DNA of 64,000 bases from an uncultured Chloroflexia bacterium (GCA_963797685.1 CAWCQK010000004.1:331943-395942); one strand, 5' to 3'. Positions 1 to 10,699 are shown, numbered from the stretch's first letter. Program-made: numbers and translations. The notes: generated by a model not told the origin, from the sequence alone.

Positions 1-492
1 AAGCCGTCGCTCCAGTTCGGCGAGGGCGACGGGTTCTTCAACATCGTCGCCGGCCTGGTCCGGCTCTCGCCGGGCATCGTCCCCGTCCCGGGCGACGGTT
101 CCGCCCGCTTCCAGCCGATCCACGTGGACGACGTGGCGACGGTCGTCGTCCGCGCCGTGGCCGACCCCACGACCGTCGGCGGCGTCTTCGACCTGGGCGG
201 TCCGCGCTACTGGACGTATCGCGAGATCACCCGCGAAGTGGTCCGCGCGCTCGGCAAGCGGCGGGCGATCGTCCCGATGCCGCTGCCGCTGATCCGGCTC
301 GTGGCGGGGTCGGCCGAGCGCCTGCGCATCCCGTTCCCGGTCGCCACCGACCAGCTCCGCCAGCTGCGGCTCGACAACATCGGCCCGCTCGACCTGATCC
401 CGACCCGGTTCGGGTTCGAGCCCCGCGCGATGGAGGGCCGGCTCGGGTACCTCAGGGCGAGACCGCGCGACCAGGTCGTCCAGCCCGCATGA
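1..492 (+). CDS. NAD(P)H-binding NmrA/NDUFA9-like epimerase family protein, C-terminal part (5' end outside window)
   Basis: Frame 1 is open from nt 1 (KPSLQFGEGDGFFNIVAGL...) and runs into the listed 124..492 ORF. The C-terminal region resembles complex-I NDUFA9-like/NmrA proteins (FQPIHVDDVA, YWTYREI). Confidence 0.55.
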   Translation, partial: KPSLQFGEGDGFFNIVAGLVRLSPGIVPVPGDGSARFQPIHVDDVATVVVRAVADPTTVGGVFDLGGPRYWTYREITREVVRALGKRRAIVPMPLPLIRLVAGSAERLRIPFPVATDQLRQLRLDNIGPLDLIPTRFGFEPRAMEGRLGYLRARPRDQVVQPA

Positions 493-514
493 CCGCTCGA
501 ACCCGGAGCGTCAG

Positions 515-1540
515 GTGAGCCGTCTCCGCACGCTCGCGGGCGCTCTCATCTGGCTGGCGGTCATCGTCGTCATCGCGTTCGGTGCCGCCGGGATCGTGGC
601 CGGCATGGATCATCCGCCCGGATCGGACGGACGGCCCGACGTGACCGCGGCCGGCGACGCCGAGGTCACCCCGATGCTCGACGCGGCGAACGGCGACCTG
701 TCCGCCCTGGCCGACCAGGTCGAGGCGCTCGGGACGCAGGCGCGCGGCGCGCTGGCGGCCCTCAACAGCTCCGACCCGACGACCGGCGAGGCGGCCATCG
801 CCGATGGCGACAAGCTGGTCGCGGACGTCACGGCGCGGACCGCGGCATTGCGTCGTGAGCTCGCGGCCGTGCCCTACGTCGGCACGCCGACGGCCGGACT
901 GGAAGTGTCGGACGCCGTCGTCCAACGTCACGACCGCCTCGTGGCCGCGCTCGATGCCACCCAGGGCCTCGACTTCGCCTGGGCTCGCCTGACCATCGGG
1001 GCCGTGGCGGCGACGAAGATGAGCGAATTGCTGGCGGCGCATGACAGCCTCGTCGCCAAAGCCGCCGACAGCGGGGTCCACGCAAAGTACGCGGCAGCGC
1101 TCAAGCTGCTCGACCAGGCGAAGGCTCAGCTGGCGGCCGCGAAGGGGATCCGGGACCAGCTGGTCCAGACGGTCGACGTCTCCGTCCTTGACGAATGGAT
1201 CAGCCGCAACGCGACCTACGACACCGCGCTCGGCAACCTGTACAAGGAGATCTCCAAGGTCAAGGGCAGGGTCACCGCCGCCACCCGCGCCGCGGTCAAG
1301 GCCGAGGCAGCGGCGCGCGCCAGGCTCCCACCGGACACCCGTGGCCTCGTGGTCATCATGGCCGACATCGGTCAGGGCGGGATGAACGGGGCCGTCATCA
1401 CGATCGAGGAGGCCAAGGGAAAGCTCAGCGACGCGCTCGACGCCGACGCGGCGCCGTCCTCCGGGTCGCCGTCCGACTCGCCCGGTCCGGCCGCCACGCC
1501 CGGCGCGACAGACAGCCCGCAGCCGTCCAGCGCGCCCTGA
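515..1540 (+). CDS. hypothetical membrane-anchored Ala-rich protein with Pro/Ser-rich C-terminus
   Basis: 341-aa ORF with N-terminal TM helix LIWLAVIVVIAFGAAGIVAG and GC3-rich codons. No catalytic motif recognised. Confidence 0.5.
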   Translation: MSRLRTLAGALIWLAVIVVIAFGAAGIVAGMDHPPGSDGRPDVTAAGDAEVTPMLDAANGDLSALADQVEALGTQARGALAALNSSDPTTGEAAIADGDKLVADVTARTAALRRELAAVPYVGTPTAGLEVSDAVVQRHDRLVAALDATQGLDFAWARLTIGAVAATKMSELLAAHDSLVAKAADSGVHAKYAAALKLLDQAKAQLAAAKGIRDQLVQTVDVSVLDEWISRNATYDTALGNLYKEISKVKGRVTAATRAAVKAEAAARARLPPDTRGLVVIMADIGQGGMNGAVITIEEAKGKLSDALDADAAPSSGSPSDSPGPAATPGATDSPQPSSAP

Positions 1541-1636
1541 ACGCGGCCCGGTGGCTACACTGAGCCACTGACCCCAGCCCCGCCGAGCGAGCCCGTGACG
1601 CCGCTCGGAGGCTCTCTTCCGGAGGGATGAAGACCC

Positions 1637-3148
1637 GTGCAGCTTCGCGTCGCCACCGACCAGCCGTGGGACGTTCCCGCGGACGTCCTCGTCGTCCCCA
1701 TCGCCGCCAAGCCGGCCTTCGACGGCCCGCTCGGCGAGCTCGATCGACGGGCCGGCGGCGAGATCCAGGCGCTCGTCACGTTCGGCGAGCTGACCGGCAA
1801 GCGCTACGCGAGTGCGCTCGCGGCCGGCGGCGACACCGCGAGCGGGCGGCTCCTGGCGGTCGGCCTCGGCGATGCGGCCACGCTCGATCGGGAGATCGTG
1901 CTACGCGTCGCGGCGTCGGCCGAGCGGCGTCTCGGCGGTCGCACCGTCCATCGCCTCGCCATCTGGCTGACACCGCTGGCCGATGCGCTCGGCGGTGACG
2001 CGAGCGCCGCCGCGGAGCTGGTCGCGCGCGGCGTCATCGAGGGGTCGTACGACCCGCGGACGATCTACCGCGACGAGGTCGACACCACCCCGCCGGTGCT
2101 CGATGAGCTGATCATCGTCGCGCCGGGCGCGGATGCGGCCGCACTGACCAAGGCGGCCGAACGCGGGCTCATCATCGCGGACGGGGCGAACCTTGCCCGC
2201 ACCCTGGCGAACCGGGCGTCGAACGACGTCAGCCCGATGGTCCTCGCCGATGAGGCTCGCGCCATCGCCGAGCGTCATGGACTGTGGATCGACGTCATCG
2301 GGCCCGAGCAGGCCACCGAGATGGGCATGGGGATGTTCATGGCCGTCGGCCGTGGCAGCGACAACCCGCCCCAGATGATCGTCATGCGCTCGGGCGGGGA
2401 GGGGGAGCACGACACGCTCGATCGCCACCTGGCCATCGTCGGCAAGGGCGTCTGCTTCGACTCGGGCGGCATCAGCATCAAGCCGGCCGCCCGGATGGAA
2501 GAGATGAAGATGGACAAGACCGGTGCCTGCACCGTGATCGCGGCCATCGCCACCGTCGCGCAGCTGGCGCCCGGGACGCCGCTGCTGGCCGTCGCCCCCG
2601 CGGTCGAGAACATGCCCGGCCCGCACTCGACCCGGCCCGGCGACATCGTCAAGGCGCTCAACGGCAAGATGGTCGACATCATCAACACCGACGCCGAGGG
2701 CCGCCTCATCCTGGGCGACGCGATGACCTACGCCGAGCGTCTCGGGGCGACCCACGTCGTCGACGTGGCGACGCTCACGGGCGCCGTCTCGCGTGCGCTC
2801 GGCCACCTGATCACCGGCGCCTTCGGGCGCCCACAGGACTTCTACGACCAGGTGGTCGCGGCCGGCGAGCGGGCCGGAGAGCGCTACTGGCAGCTGCCGC
2901 TCATCGACGATTACGTCCCCGACATGGATAGCTGGTACGGCGACCTGACGAACTCGGGCTCGGCCGAGGGGTCGCTGGTCAAGAGCGGGCTCTTCCTGCG
3001 GGAGTTCGTGACCGTCCCGTGGGTCCACCTCGACATCGCGGGGACCGCCTACTTCCGCAAGGCCCTGCCGTTCGCCCCGCGGGGTGCGACCGGAGCCTCG
3101 CACGCGACGCTTGTCGAGCTCGCGCTCGCGGGCGCTCGGGCCGGCTGA
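1637..3148 (+). CDS. pepA: leucyl aminopeptidase (peptidase M17)
   Basis: M17 signature NTDAEGRL plus VGKGVCFDSGGISIKP. GGAGGG lies about 10 nt upstream of the GTG start. Confidence 0.9.
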   Translation: MQLRVATDQPWDVPADVLVVPIAAKPAFDGPLGELDRRAGGEIQALVTFGELTGKRYASALAAGGDTASGRLLAVGLGDAATLDREIVLRVAASAERRLGGRTVHRLAIWLTPLADALGGDASAAAELVARGVIEGSYDPRTIYRDEVDTTPPVLDELIIVAPGADAAALTKAAERGLIIADGANLARTLANRASNDVSPMVLADEARAIAERHGLWIDVIGPEQATEMGMGMFMAVGRGSDNPPQMIVMRSGGEGEHDTLDRHLAIVGKGVCFDSGGISIKPAARMEEMKMDKTGACTVIAAIATVAQLAPGTPLLAVAPAVENMPGPHSTRPGDIVKALNGKMVDIINTDAEGRLILGDAMTYAERLGATHVVDVATLTGAVSRALGHLITGAFGRPQDFYDQVVAAGERAGERYWQLPLIDDYVPDMDSWYGDLTNSGSAEGSLVKSGLFLREFVTVPWVHLDIAGTAYFRKALPFAPRGATGASHATLVELALAGARAG

Positions 3149-3185
3149 CCGGCCCGCCGGCCCACCACCACCACGCCGCCTGCCC

Positions 3186-3827
3186 TTGGAGCCGCTGTCC
3201 GTCCTGCTCGGTGCCGGCGGCTTCGTCCTCGGCCTGGCCGCGGACCGGCTGGCGACCCGCTGGCCCGAGCACGACGAGGAGCACCCGCCTGGCCGCGCGG
3301 TCGACTGGCGGACCGCCACCGTCGCGCTGGTCGGGGCGGTCGCGTTCGGCCTGCTGCCGATCCGGTTCAGCTCGGACCCGGTCGCGTTCGCGATCTTCGG
3401 GGCGTGGTTCGTGACCCTCGTCATCGGACTGGCGACGGACCTCGACCAGCGGCTGCTACCGGACGTCCTCACTCTGCCGGTCATCCCGGTCGCCCTGGTC
3501 TACGCGCTGACCGGCATGAACCCGCTGGTCGGCAACCAGATCGTCCTGGCGATCGTGGCGGCGGTGGCCATCCCGGCCCTGCTGTACCTGCCGTCGATCC
3601 CGTTCGGCGCGGGCGCCTTCGGCCTGGGCGACGTGAAGCTGCTCATCGGCGTCGGGTTGCTGGTCGGCGGGAGTCGCGCGCTCGGCTCGGTGTTCGTCGC
3701 GCTGCTGCTCGCCGGCGTCATCCTCGTCGCGCTGCTGGCGACGCATCGGATCGGTCGGCGGACGTACATCCCGTTCGGACCGTTCTTCATCATCGGCGCG
3801 CTGTGGGCGGTGCTGATCCGCGCCTGA
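3186..3827 (+). CDS. prepilin peptidase (A24 family, short TadV/CpaA-like form)
   Basis: Polytopic membrane protein with two Asp motifs (GLATDLDQRLLPD and FGLGDVKLLIGVG). The ORF is open from 3084, overlapping the pepA end. TTG at 3186 is taken as the likely start, which is uncertain. Confidence 0.7.
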   Translation: MEPLSVLLGAGGFVLGLAADRLATRWPEHDEEHPPGRAVDWRTATVALVGAVAFGLLPIRFSSDPVAFAIFGAWFVTLVIGLATDLDQRLLPDVLTLPVIPVALVYALTGMNPLVGNQIVLAIVAAVAIPALLYLPSIPFGAGAFGLGDVKLLIGVGLLVGGSRALGSVFVALLLAGVILVALLATHRIGRRTYIPFGPFFIIGALWAVLIRA

Positions 3828-4002
3828 GGAGAGGCAGCGAACGACGGGACTATCGGGCCATGCTTGCAACGGGTGTAGCCAGAGTAGGTTTTTTGGGTAT
3901 CATCCCCGTGAACGCTTCATACGCGTCGCGACGTGGCGGAGGCCCCATCCTCATCACGCCGCTGCCATCGGGGCATCGGGCGGTCATGCGAAACCGTTCG
4001 GT

Positions 4003-5445
4003 GTGGCGACCAAGGGAGTCTGCTCGCACGATGACATCGCCTTCGTGAAGCTCCGGCACGCCGATCGCGCGGTCCGTCCGTCCCCAGGCGGATGGGAGTC
4101 GACCCCCCGACCGGCATCGAGGCAACGGCGCTTCAGCCGGCGCCTTGGGACCCTCCTCCTTCTTCTACCGCTTGTCGTAGGCGTGCTCGGCGCGCCCACT
4201 GCCCCGTCGGGCGTGCGTGCCGACGAGCTGTCGGACGCCAAGGCACGCGCCGCGCAGCTCAAGAAGGACATCGCGGCCCAGAAGGCGCAGGTCGACCAGA
4301 TCAACGCTCTCCAGTCCGACCTGTCGTCGGCGATCAAGAACACGACCGTCCAGCTCAGGGGCATCGGCGCCGACCTGACCACGGTCAAGAAGAACATCAA
4401 TGCCATGCAGGGCAAGATCAACGTGATCAAGGCCGATTACGCCGATCTCGTGTCCCAGGTCCAGGGCCTCGACGCCACGCTCACGGTCGTGGCGGCGCGC
4501 GAGGAGGCCAAGCGCGGCCAGCTCGCCGACCGCCAGGCACTCCTCGCCGAGCGGATGCGCAGCGCCTACGACACCGACCGGACCTCCCTGCTCGAGTCGT
4601 TCCTGTCGGGTGGGACCTTCACCGACCTGCTGTCCGAGATGAGCGACTACATCGACGTCGGCGAGCAGGACAAGGCGCTGGCCGATCAGATCAGCCTGGA
4701 CCAGGAGACGCTGGCCGCGCTCCACCAGACGACCCAGGACACGCGCGCCCGGGTCGACGACCTGCGGCTGCAGACGGCGGCCCAGAAGCGTGCGCTCGAC
4801 AAGAGCCTGGCCGCGCTCAACGTCGCCAAGGCCCAGCTCAAGGCGCTCGAGAAGCGCGTCGCCGCGTCGCTCGCGCAGCAGAAGAGGGACTTCGCGACAC
4901 TCGAGCGGAACAAGGCGGCGGCCAAGGCGGCGCTGGCCAAGGCGGCGGCCGCGAAGAAGAGGCTGCAGTCCCAGATCGCTTCGCTGATCGCCAAGCAGAT
5001 GCAGAGCGGCAGCATCCCGTCGGCCTACAACGGGACGCTCCAGTGGCCGATGCCGGGTGACGTCACGCAGCCGTTCGGGTGCACCGGGTTCTCGTGGGAG
5101 CCTCCCTACGGGTCGTGCGCGCACTTCCACCAGGGCATCGACATCGTGGCCCCGTACGGGACGCCGATCCACGCGTCCGGTGACGGGGAGGTCGTCTACA
5201 TCGGCTGGAACTACGCCGACGGCGCCGATCCCGCCTGGATCGTCATCATCGCCCACAGCCAGGGCATGCAGACCTGGTATGCCCACATGTCGCCGCAGTA
5301 TCCGGGCGGGATCCACGCCGGGAGCCACGTCCACGCGGGCCAGGTCATCGGTTACGAGGGGGAGACCGGGCACGCCACGGGCCCGCATCTCCACTGGGCC
5401 GTGATGCTCAACGGGAACTTCGTGAACCCGAGGCTGTTCCTCTAG
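4003..5445 (+). CDS. M23 family metallopeptidase with N-terminal coiled-coil (EnvC/RipA-like murein endopeptidase)
   Basis: C-terminal HFHQGIDI...GDGEVVY...[11 protein letters not shown]23 motifs. Signal-like [17 protein letters not shown] and long Ala/Gln/Lys heptad-like region. Start could be GTG 4003 or GTG 4046. Confidence 0.85.
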   Translation: MATKGVCSHDDIAFVKLRHADRAVRPSPGGWESTPRPASRQRRFSRRLGTLLLLLPLVVGVLGAPTAPSGVRADELSDAKARAAQLKKDIAAQKAQVDQINALQSDLSSAIKNTTVQLRGIGADLTTVKKNINAMQGKINVIKADYADLVSQVQGLDATLTVVAAREEAKRGQLADRQALLAERMRSAYDTDRTSLLESFLSGGTFTDLLSEMSDYIDVGEQDKALADQISLDQETLAALHQTTQDTRARVDDLRLQTAAQKRALDKSLAALNVAKAQLKALEKRVAASLAQQKRDFATLERNKAAAKAALAKAAAAKKRLQSQIASLIAKQMQSGSIPSAYNGTLQWPMPGDVTQPFGCTGFSWEPPYGSCAHFHQGIDIVAPYGTPIHASGDGEVVYIGWNYADGADPAWIVIIAHSQGMQTWYAHMSPQYPGGIHAGSHVHAGQVIGYEGETGHATGPHLHWAVMLNGNFVNPRLFL

Positions 5446-5547
5446 CGAGCGAGGAGCGGAACCGGCAACGCGGCCCTGCCGTGGCCGAGCCGCGCGTTCA
5501 CCGTCCGTTCATCGACCGGGTCATGAGTGCGTGCTAGCATCGACCTC

Positions 5548-6931
5548 GTGAAGCGGACGATGGCGGTCATCCTCGCGGGCGGCGAAGGAGAGCGTCTCTC
5601 GATCCTGTCCCAGGAGCGGGCCAAGCCGGCGGTGCCGTTCGGCGGCAAGTACCGGATCATCGACTTCACGCTGTCCAACTGCGTCAACTCGGACATCGAC
5701 GACGTCGTCGTGCTGACCCAGTACAACCCGCGGTCGCTCAACGACCACATCGGGCTCGGCCGGCCGTGGGACCTCGACCGCAACCGCGGGCGGCGTCAAG
5801 CTCCTCCAGCCGTACATCGAGCGCGGCAAGCTGGCCGAGTGGTATCGCGGCACGGCCGACGCGGTCCTGCGCAACATCGACGTCCTCGAGCACGACCCGG
5901 CCGACATCGTCCTCGTGCTCGCCGGCGACCACATCTACAAGATGGACTACGCACCGTTCGTGGCCGCCCATCGCCGCCACCGAGCCGACGTGACCATCGC
6001 GGTCAGGCGCGTGCCACTGGCCGAGGCGTCGCGGATGGGCATCCTCGCGCTCGACGAGAACGACCGCGTCGTCGAGTGGCAGGAGAAGCCGAAGCAGCCC
6101 AAGAGCGACCTCGCCTCGATGGGCGTCTACGTCTTCTCGAAGAAGACGCTCCGGCGTTGGCTGTCCGAGGACCGGGTCGACTTCGGGGCGCACGTCATCC
6201 CGGCCATGCTCGAGGCCGGCGCCCGGGTGTTCGGCTACCGCTACAGCGGCTACTGGCAGGACGTCGGCACGATCCAGTCGTTCTGGGAAGCCAACATGCG
6301 GCTGCTCGACGACGATCCCGACCTCGACCTGTACGACCCCGACTGGGTCATCCACACACGGTCCGAGGAGCGAGCGCCGGCCAAGGTCGGCCCGACCGCG
6401 CAGGTCCACCGCAGCCTGATCAGCCACGGCTGCGTGATCGCCGGGACCGTCGTCAACTCCGTGCTGTCGCCGGGCGTCCGCGTCGACGTCGGGGCGGTCG
6501 TGCGCGACTCGATCGTCATGTTCGACTCGGTCATCCGCTCCGGCGCCGTCGTCGATCGGGCCATCCTCGACAAGGAGGTCGTCATCGGCCAGGGTGCGAT
6601 CGTCGGGGAGGGTCCGTACGACGACCGGCCGAACAAGCAGGAGCCGGGGCGGCTCAACACCGGGATCACGGTCGTCGGCAAGCGTGCCGTCGTGCCGCGC
6701 GGGGCCCGCATCGGACGCAACGTCAAGATCGCCGCGGATGTCCGCTCGTCGGACTTCTCGGGGCGCGTCGTCCGCAGCGGCGAGTCGGTCGAGCCCAAAC
6801 GCTCGACGCGTGCGTCCCGCGCCCGACCGGTCGTTGCAGCCGCGGCAACGCCGCCAACCGAGCGCCCACTGGTGGCCGCGGTCGTCGGTGGATCCGGCAG
6901 CCGCGGCAAGCGCACCGTGACGGACGCCTGA
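5548..6931 (+). pseudogene. glgC: glucose-1-phosphate adenylyltransferase, frameshifted as assembled
   Basis: N-terminus [41 protein letters not shown] is in frame 1. The rest ([24 protein letters not shown]...[10 protein letters not shown]...) is in frame 2. Frames join at cgcgggcggcgtc (5786-5798), a +1 shift. Confidence 0.85.
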
Positions 6932-6990
6932 CCGCCCGAGAGGAACGCCCGACGGTCGCCTCGGGCGACTTCGGCTAGACTCCCCGGGCC

Positions 6991-7518
6991 ATGTCATCCG
7001 CCGAGAGGCGGCCCCCTCCCGTGCGTCCGGCCGATGTCGAAGGCTGGTTTGCGGAGCTGGGCCTGAGCCCGACCGACCGAGCCGACCGCGACGGGATCGC
7101 CAGCTGGGACCTTGTCCTCGATGGACGTCGCAGGTTCGATCTGCGGATGACGGTCATCCTCGATCCGGCGTTCGCGATCATCTGCTGGGCGCAATACGCG
7201 CCGCCGATCAGCGACATGTTCCGCAAGTCCTACCGCAAGCTGCTGCGCTGGAACGACGAGTTCCCGTTCGCCAAGTTCTCGGTCGCGGAGGACGAGCGGC
7301 CGCTCCTGGCGGTCGAGCTGCCCATCGCCGACGCGTCGGCCGACTCCCTGGGTCTGGCCATCGCCCGCATCCTGGGCATCGCCGACCGGCTGCTCGACGA
7401 ATCGGGCGACTGGCTGTGGCATGGCGGACCGATGCCCGACCCGGGTGACCGGACCTCAGGCAACCGGGCCTTTCTCGATCGCTACACGGCACGCCTCCCG
7501 GAGCTCCTGGAGCCATGA
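6991..7518 (+). CDS. YbjN-like (putative sensory-transduction/chaperone-like) family protein
   Basis: 175-aa ORF with GC3-rich codons and ATGA overlap with the downstream gene. Family assignment is from weak recall of YbjN-type sequences. Confidence 0.45.
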   Translation: MSSAERRPPPVRPADVEGWFAELGLSPTDRADRDGIASWDLVLDGRRRFDLRMTVILDPAFAIICWAQYAPPISDMFRKSYRKLLRWNDEFPFAKFSVAEDERPLLAVELPIADASADSLGLAIARILGIADRLLDESGDWLWHGGPMPDPGDRTSGNRAFLDRYTARLPELLEP

Positions 7519-9671
7519 CCCGACGTCTTGCCGGGCTGCTGCTGGCGTTCGTTGCCGCTGCCGGCCTGCTGGCCGGCCCGGCCGGCGTCGCCGAGGTTCG
7601 CGCGGCCGCCCCCGACCTGACGATCGTCAGCGATGCCCGCTACGACGTGCAGCCGGCGGCCCACCGCGTCCACGTGACGCTGGACATGGTCCTGACCAAC
7701 CACCTGCGCGACACCTCGACCAAGCGGTTCTACTTCGACCGCGCGTTCATCTCGGTCCTGCCCGACACGTCGGCGTTCAAGCTCACCTGGTCGGGTTCCG
7801 GCACGCCGAAGGCCACGGTGTCGAAGAAGAGCGCGACCTACACGGTGGTCCAGCTCGACCTCGCGGCCAAGCTGTTCAGCGGCAAGTCGGCCAGCTACCG
7901 GCTGGCGTTCGACCTGGTCGATCCGGGCGGGGACGCGTCGCGTGACGTCAGGATCGGCACGTCGCTGGCGTCGTTCCCGGTCTGGGCCTTCGCCACCGAC
8001 GCGACGCCCGGCAGCACGGTCACGGTCGCCTTTCCGGCCGGGTACCAGGTCGAGGTCGAGTCGGGCGACATCCCGGCGCCGACCACCGGTGCCGATGGGG
8101 TCGTGACGCTTCGGACCGGCAAGCTCACGACGCCCCTGACGTTCTTCGCCTACCTGGTCGCCGACCGTGCCGGGTCATACTCCGACCGGAGCGTGTCGGC
8201 GACGGTCGGTTCCCAGCCGGTCGGGCTGACCATCCGGTCGTGGGCCGACGATCCCGCCTGGTCGAAGCGCGTCGGCGACCTGATGACTCGCGGGCTGCCG
8301 GCGATCGAGACCCAGGTCGGGCTGGACTGGCCGCGCGCCGGCGGCCTGACGGTTCGCGAGTCGGTCAGTCGGACGACGGGCGGCTACGCCGGACTGTTCG
8401 ACCCGAGCCAGGGCACCATCGACGTCGCCTACTACGCCGACGACTTCGTCGTCCTCCACGAGTCGGCGCACGCCTGGTTCAACGGGTCCCTGCTGGCCGA
8501 TCGGTGGGCCGATGAGGGCTTCGCCTCGTATTACGGCCTCCAGGCCGCCAAGGCGCTCGGGATCAAGGCGGCGGCCGATCCCCTGACCCCGGAGCTCAAG
8601 GCGGCCCGCATCCCGCTCAACGCGTGGGGGGCGATCGGCCGCGAGGACGAAACGACCGAGGACTACGCCTACGCCGCGACGGTCGTGCTCGCGCAGGCGA
8701 TCGCGGACCGGGCGGGTCCGCAGGCGCTCAAGGAGGTGTGGGCGGACGCGGCTGCGCAGGTCGGCGCGTACCAACCGCCGCCGGTCGGGGCTGGGGCGGC
8801 GACGACCGCTGCTTCGGCCGCGCCCGAGAAGGTGTCCGGCCCGCCCGACTGGCGCGGCCTGCTCGACCTGCTCGAGGAGCATTCCACGAGCTCGTTCGAT
8901 GACCTCTGGCGGACGTGGGTCGCGCGCGACACCGACCTGCCGTTGCTCGACGACAGGGCGGCCGCCCGCGCCGATTACGACGCGGTCGTCGCCGAGGCCG
9001 GCGACTGGCAGCTCCCGCGTGCCGTTCGCGACGCGATGCGCGCCTGGCAATTCGGCCAGGCCACCGACCTGCTCACCGACGCCAAGGCCGTCCTTGCGCA
9101 GCGCACGGCGATCGCGACCCAGGCAGCGGCCGCCGGGCTGACGGTCCCGTCGACGCTCCAGACGGCGTTCGGCGCGAATGACGGGTTCGCGAGCGCGACC
9201 GCCGAGGCGAGCGCCGAGCTCGAAGCCATCGCCCACTATCGCGACGCTCTCGCCTCACGGCCTGTCGGCACGGACACGATCCAGGAGATCGGGGTGTGGG
9301 GCACGGCCCCAGATTCCGATCTTGCTCGCGCCCGAGCCCTCTTCGCGAGCGGCGACCTCGCCGGCTCGGTGACGGCGTCCGCTGCGGCCGCCTCGGCCTG
9401 GGGCGATGCCGAGACGGTCGGGCAGACGCGACTCATCGGTGTGGGGGCCGCTGGGCTCGGAACTCTGGTCGTGCTGGGGCTACTCGGCTACTGGCTGATC
9501 GTGCGCCGCCGTCGGCGCGCACCGCTTGCCGTCGCGCCCGATGCGTACGCTACACTCGCCGCCACCCCGGACCCGGTCGGTCCGGCCGAACCGGCCAAGC
9601 CGCTCGAGGCACCGGGGGTGCCAGAAGCGGTCGACGAGGGGTCTGGCTCGGGAGGCGAAGGACCGGACTGA
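7515..9671 (+). CDS. secreted, C-terminally membrane-anchored gluzincin (M1-like) metallopeptidase domain protein
   Basis: Signal peptide LAGLLLAFVAAAGLLAGPAG. HESAH(x14)E with WADEGFASYY (8457-8525). C-terminal TM LIGVGAAGLGTLVVLGLLGYWLIV followed by RRRRR. Confidence 0.65.
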   Translation: MTRRLAGLLLAFVAAAGLLAGPAGVAEVRAAAPDLTIVSDARYDVQPAAHRVHVTLDMVLTNHLRDTSTKRFYFDRAFISVLPDTSAFKLTWSGSGTPKATVSKKSATYTVVQLDLAAKLFSGKSASYRLAFDLVDPGGDASRDVRIGTSLASFPVWAFATDATPGSTVTVAFPAGYQVEVESGDIPAPTTGADGVVTLRTGKLTTPLTFFAYLVADRAGSYSDRSVSATVGSQPVGLTIRSWADDPAWSKRVGDLMTRGLPAIETQVGLDWPRAGGLTVRESVSRTTGGYAGLFDPSQGTIDVAYYADDFVVLHESAHAWFNGSLLADRWADEGFASYYGLQAAKALGIKAAADPLTPELKAARIPLNAWGAIGREDETTEDYAYAATVVLAQAIADRAGPQALKEVWADAAAQVGAYQPPPVGAGAATTAASAAPEKVSGPPDWRGLLDLLEEHSTSSFDDLWRTWVARDTDLPLLDDRAAARADYDAVVAEAGDWQLPRAVRDAMRAWQFGQATDLLTDAKAVLAQRTAIATQAAAAGLTVPSTLQTAFGANDGFASATAEASAELEAIAHYRDALASRPVGTDTIQEIGVWGTAPDSDLARARALFASGDLAGSVTASAAAASAWGDAETVGQTRLIGVGAAGLGTLVVLGLLGYWLIVRRRRRAPLAVAPDAYATLAATPDPVGPAEPAKPLEAPGVPEAVDEGSGSGGEGPD

Positions 9672-10699
9672 TGGGGCTCACGCGCTCGCGACCGTCGCAC
9701 GAGATCCTGTCGGGCGACTCGGCCGATGTCTACTTCGCGCGTGCCGAGAGCATCCTCGCGTCCGAGGGCCGCGATCCGCTCGTCACGATGGAGGTCTTCG
9801 CGCGCCAGGCCGGGATCCTGTGCGGGATCGACGAGGCGCGCAACCTGCTTGGTCACGTGCTCGCCAGCGCCGACGCAGGTGAGACGCGGCTCGAGTCGCT
9901 CAACGACGGCGACGCCATCGAGCCCAAGGAGATCGTCCTGCGGATCCGCGCCCGATACCGGAGGTTCGGGCTGTACGAGACGGCCTTCCTCGGGATGCTC
10001 GCCCAATCGACCGGCTGGGCGACGGCAGCGCGCGCCTGCGTCGAGGTCGCGGCGCCCGATCCGGTCATCAGCTTCGGGGCACGGCACATCCACCCCGACA
10101 TCACCGACGTCCTCGACTACGCAGCCATCGTCGGCGGTTGCGTCGGGGCCTCGACACCCGCGGGAGCGCGGCTGGCCGGTCTGGCGCCGACCGGGACCAT
10201 GCCGCACTCGTTGGTCCTCATCTTCGGCGACACGGTGGACGCGGCCCTCGCGTTCGACCGGCACGTGGCGCCGGACGTCCCCCGCATCGTGCTCGTCGAC
10301 ACGTTCAAGGACGAGGCCGAGGAGGCGCTTCGGGTCGCCCACGCGCTCGGCGACCGACTGTACGGCGTGCGCCTCGACACGCCCGCGGAACGTGGCCGCG
10401 TGACCGCCGACCTCGTGCACGAGGTGCGCGCGCGACTGGACCAGGCCGGCTTCCAGCACGTCAAGATCACCGTCTCCGGTGGCCTGAACCCAGAGCGGAT
10501 CGCGTACTTCAAGGAGGCGGGCGCGCCGGTCGACTCGTTCGCGGTCGGGTCCTTCATCAGCGGTGCCACGCCGATCGACTTCACCGGCGACATCAAGGAG
10601 ATCGACGGTCGGCCGATCGCCAAGCGCGGCCGGATCCCCGGCCTGACCGATTCACCCCGGCTCGCGGCGGTGGACCTGGCGCCCTACCGCGAGGGATAG
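9671..10699 (+). CDS. nicotinate phosphoribosyltransferase (type II PRTase, archaeal/actinobacterial short form)
   Basis: MGLTRSRPSHEILSGDSADVYFARAE...GTMPHSLVLIFGD...VRLDTPAERG matches the NaPRT/QPRT fold family. The ATG overlaps the upstream stop by 1 nt. The listed 9296 start is an upstream extension overlapping the previous gene. Confidence 0.8.
   Translation: MGLTRSRPSHEILSGDSADVYFARAESILASEGRDPLVTMEVFARQAGILCGIDEARNLLGHVLASADAGETRLESLNDGDAIEPKEIVLRIRARYRRFGLYETAFLGMLAQSTGWATAARACVEVAAPDPVISFGARHIHPDITDVLDYAAIVGGCVGASTPAGARLAGLAPTGTMPHSLVLIFGDTVDAALAFDRHVAPDVPRIVLVDTFKDEAEEALRVAHALGDRLYGVRLDTPAERGRVTADLVHEVRARLDQAGFQHVKITVSGGLNPERIAYFKEAGAPVDSFAVGSFISGATPIDFTGDIKEIDGRPIAKRGRIPGLTDSPRLAAVDLAPYREG

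Noticed and set aside
3828-4110. Possible c-di-AMP (ydaO-type) riboswitch in the long leader of the M23 peptidase gene, plus a TTGCAA...TATCAT promoter
   Set aside because: There are loose resemblances (GCGGAGGCCCCA, CAUCGGGGCAUCG). I cannot find the conserved 3' half (CCGAA-CCGACAGCUxACCUCG). TTGCAA and TATCAT are 28 nt apart, too far for a sigma-70 promoter. A cmsearch with RF00379 would settle it.
9296-9670. N-terminal 125-aa extension of the NaPRT ORF; similar long upstream extensions at 10138, 20752, 21551, 26900, 39679 and 35839
   Set aside because: The extensions overlap the preceding genes and are Arg/Gly-rich. Conserved N-termini begin at internal ATG or GTG codons right after the upstream stops.
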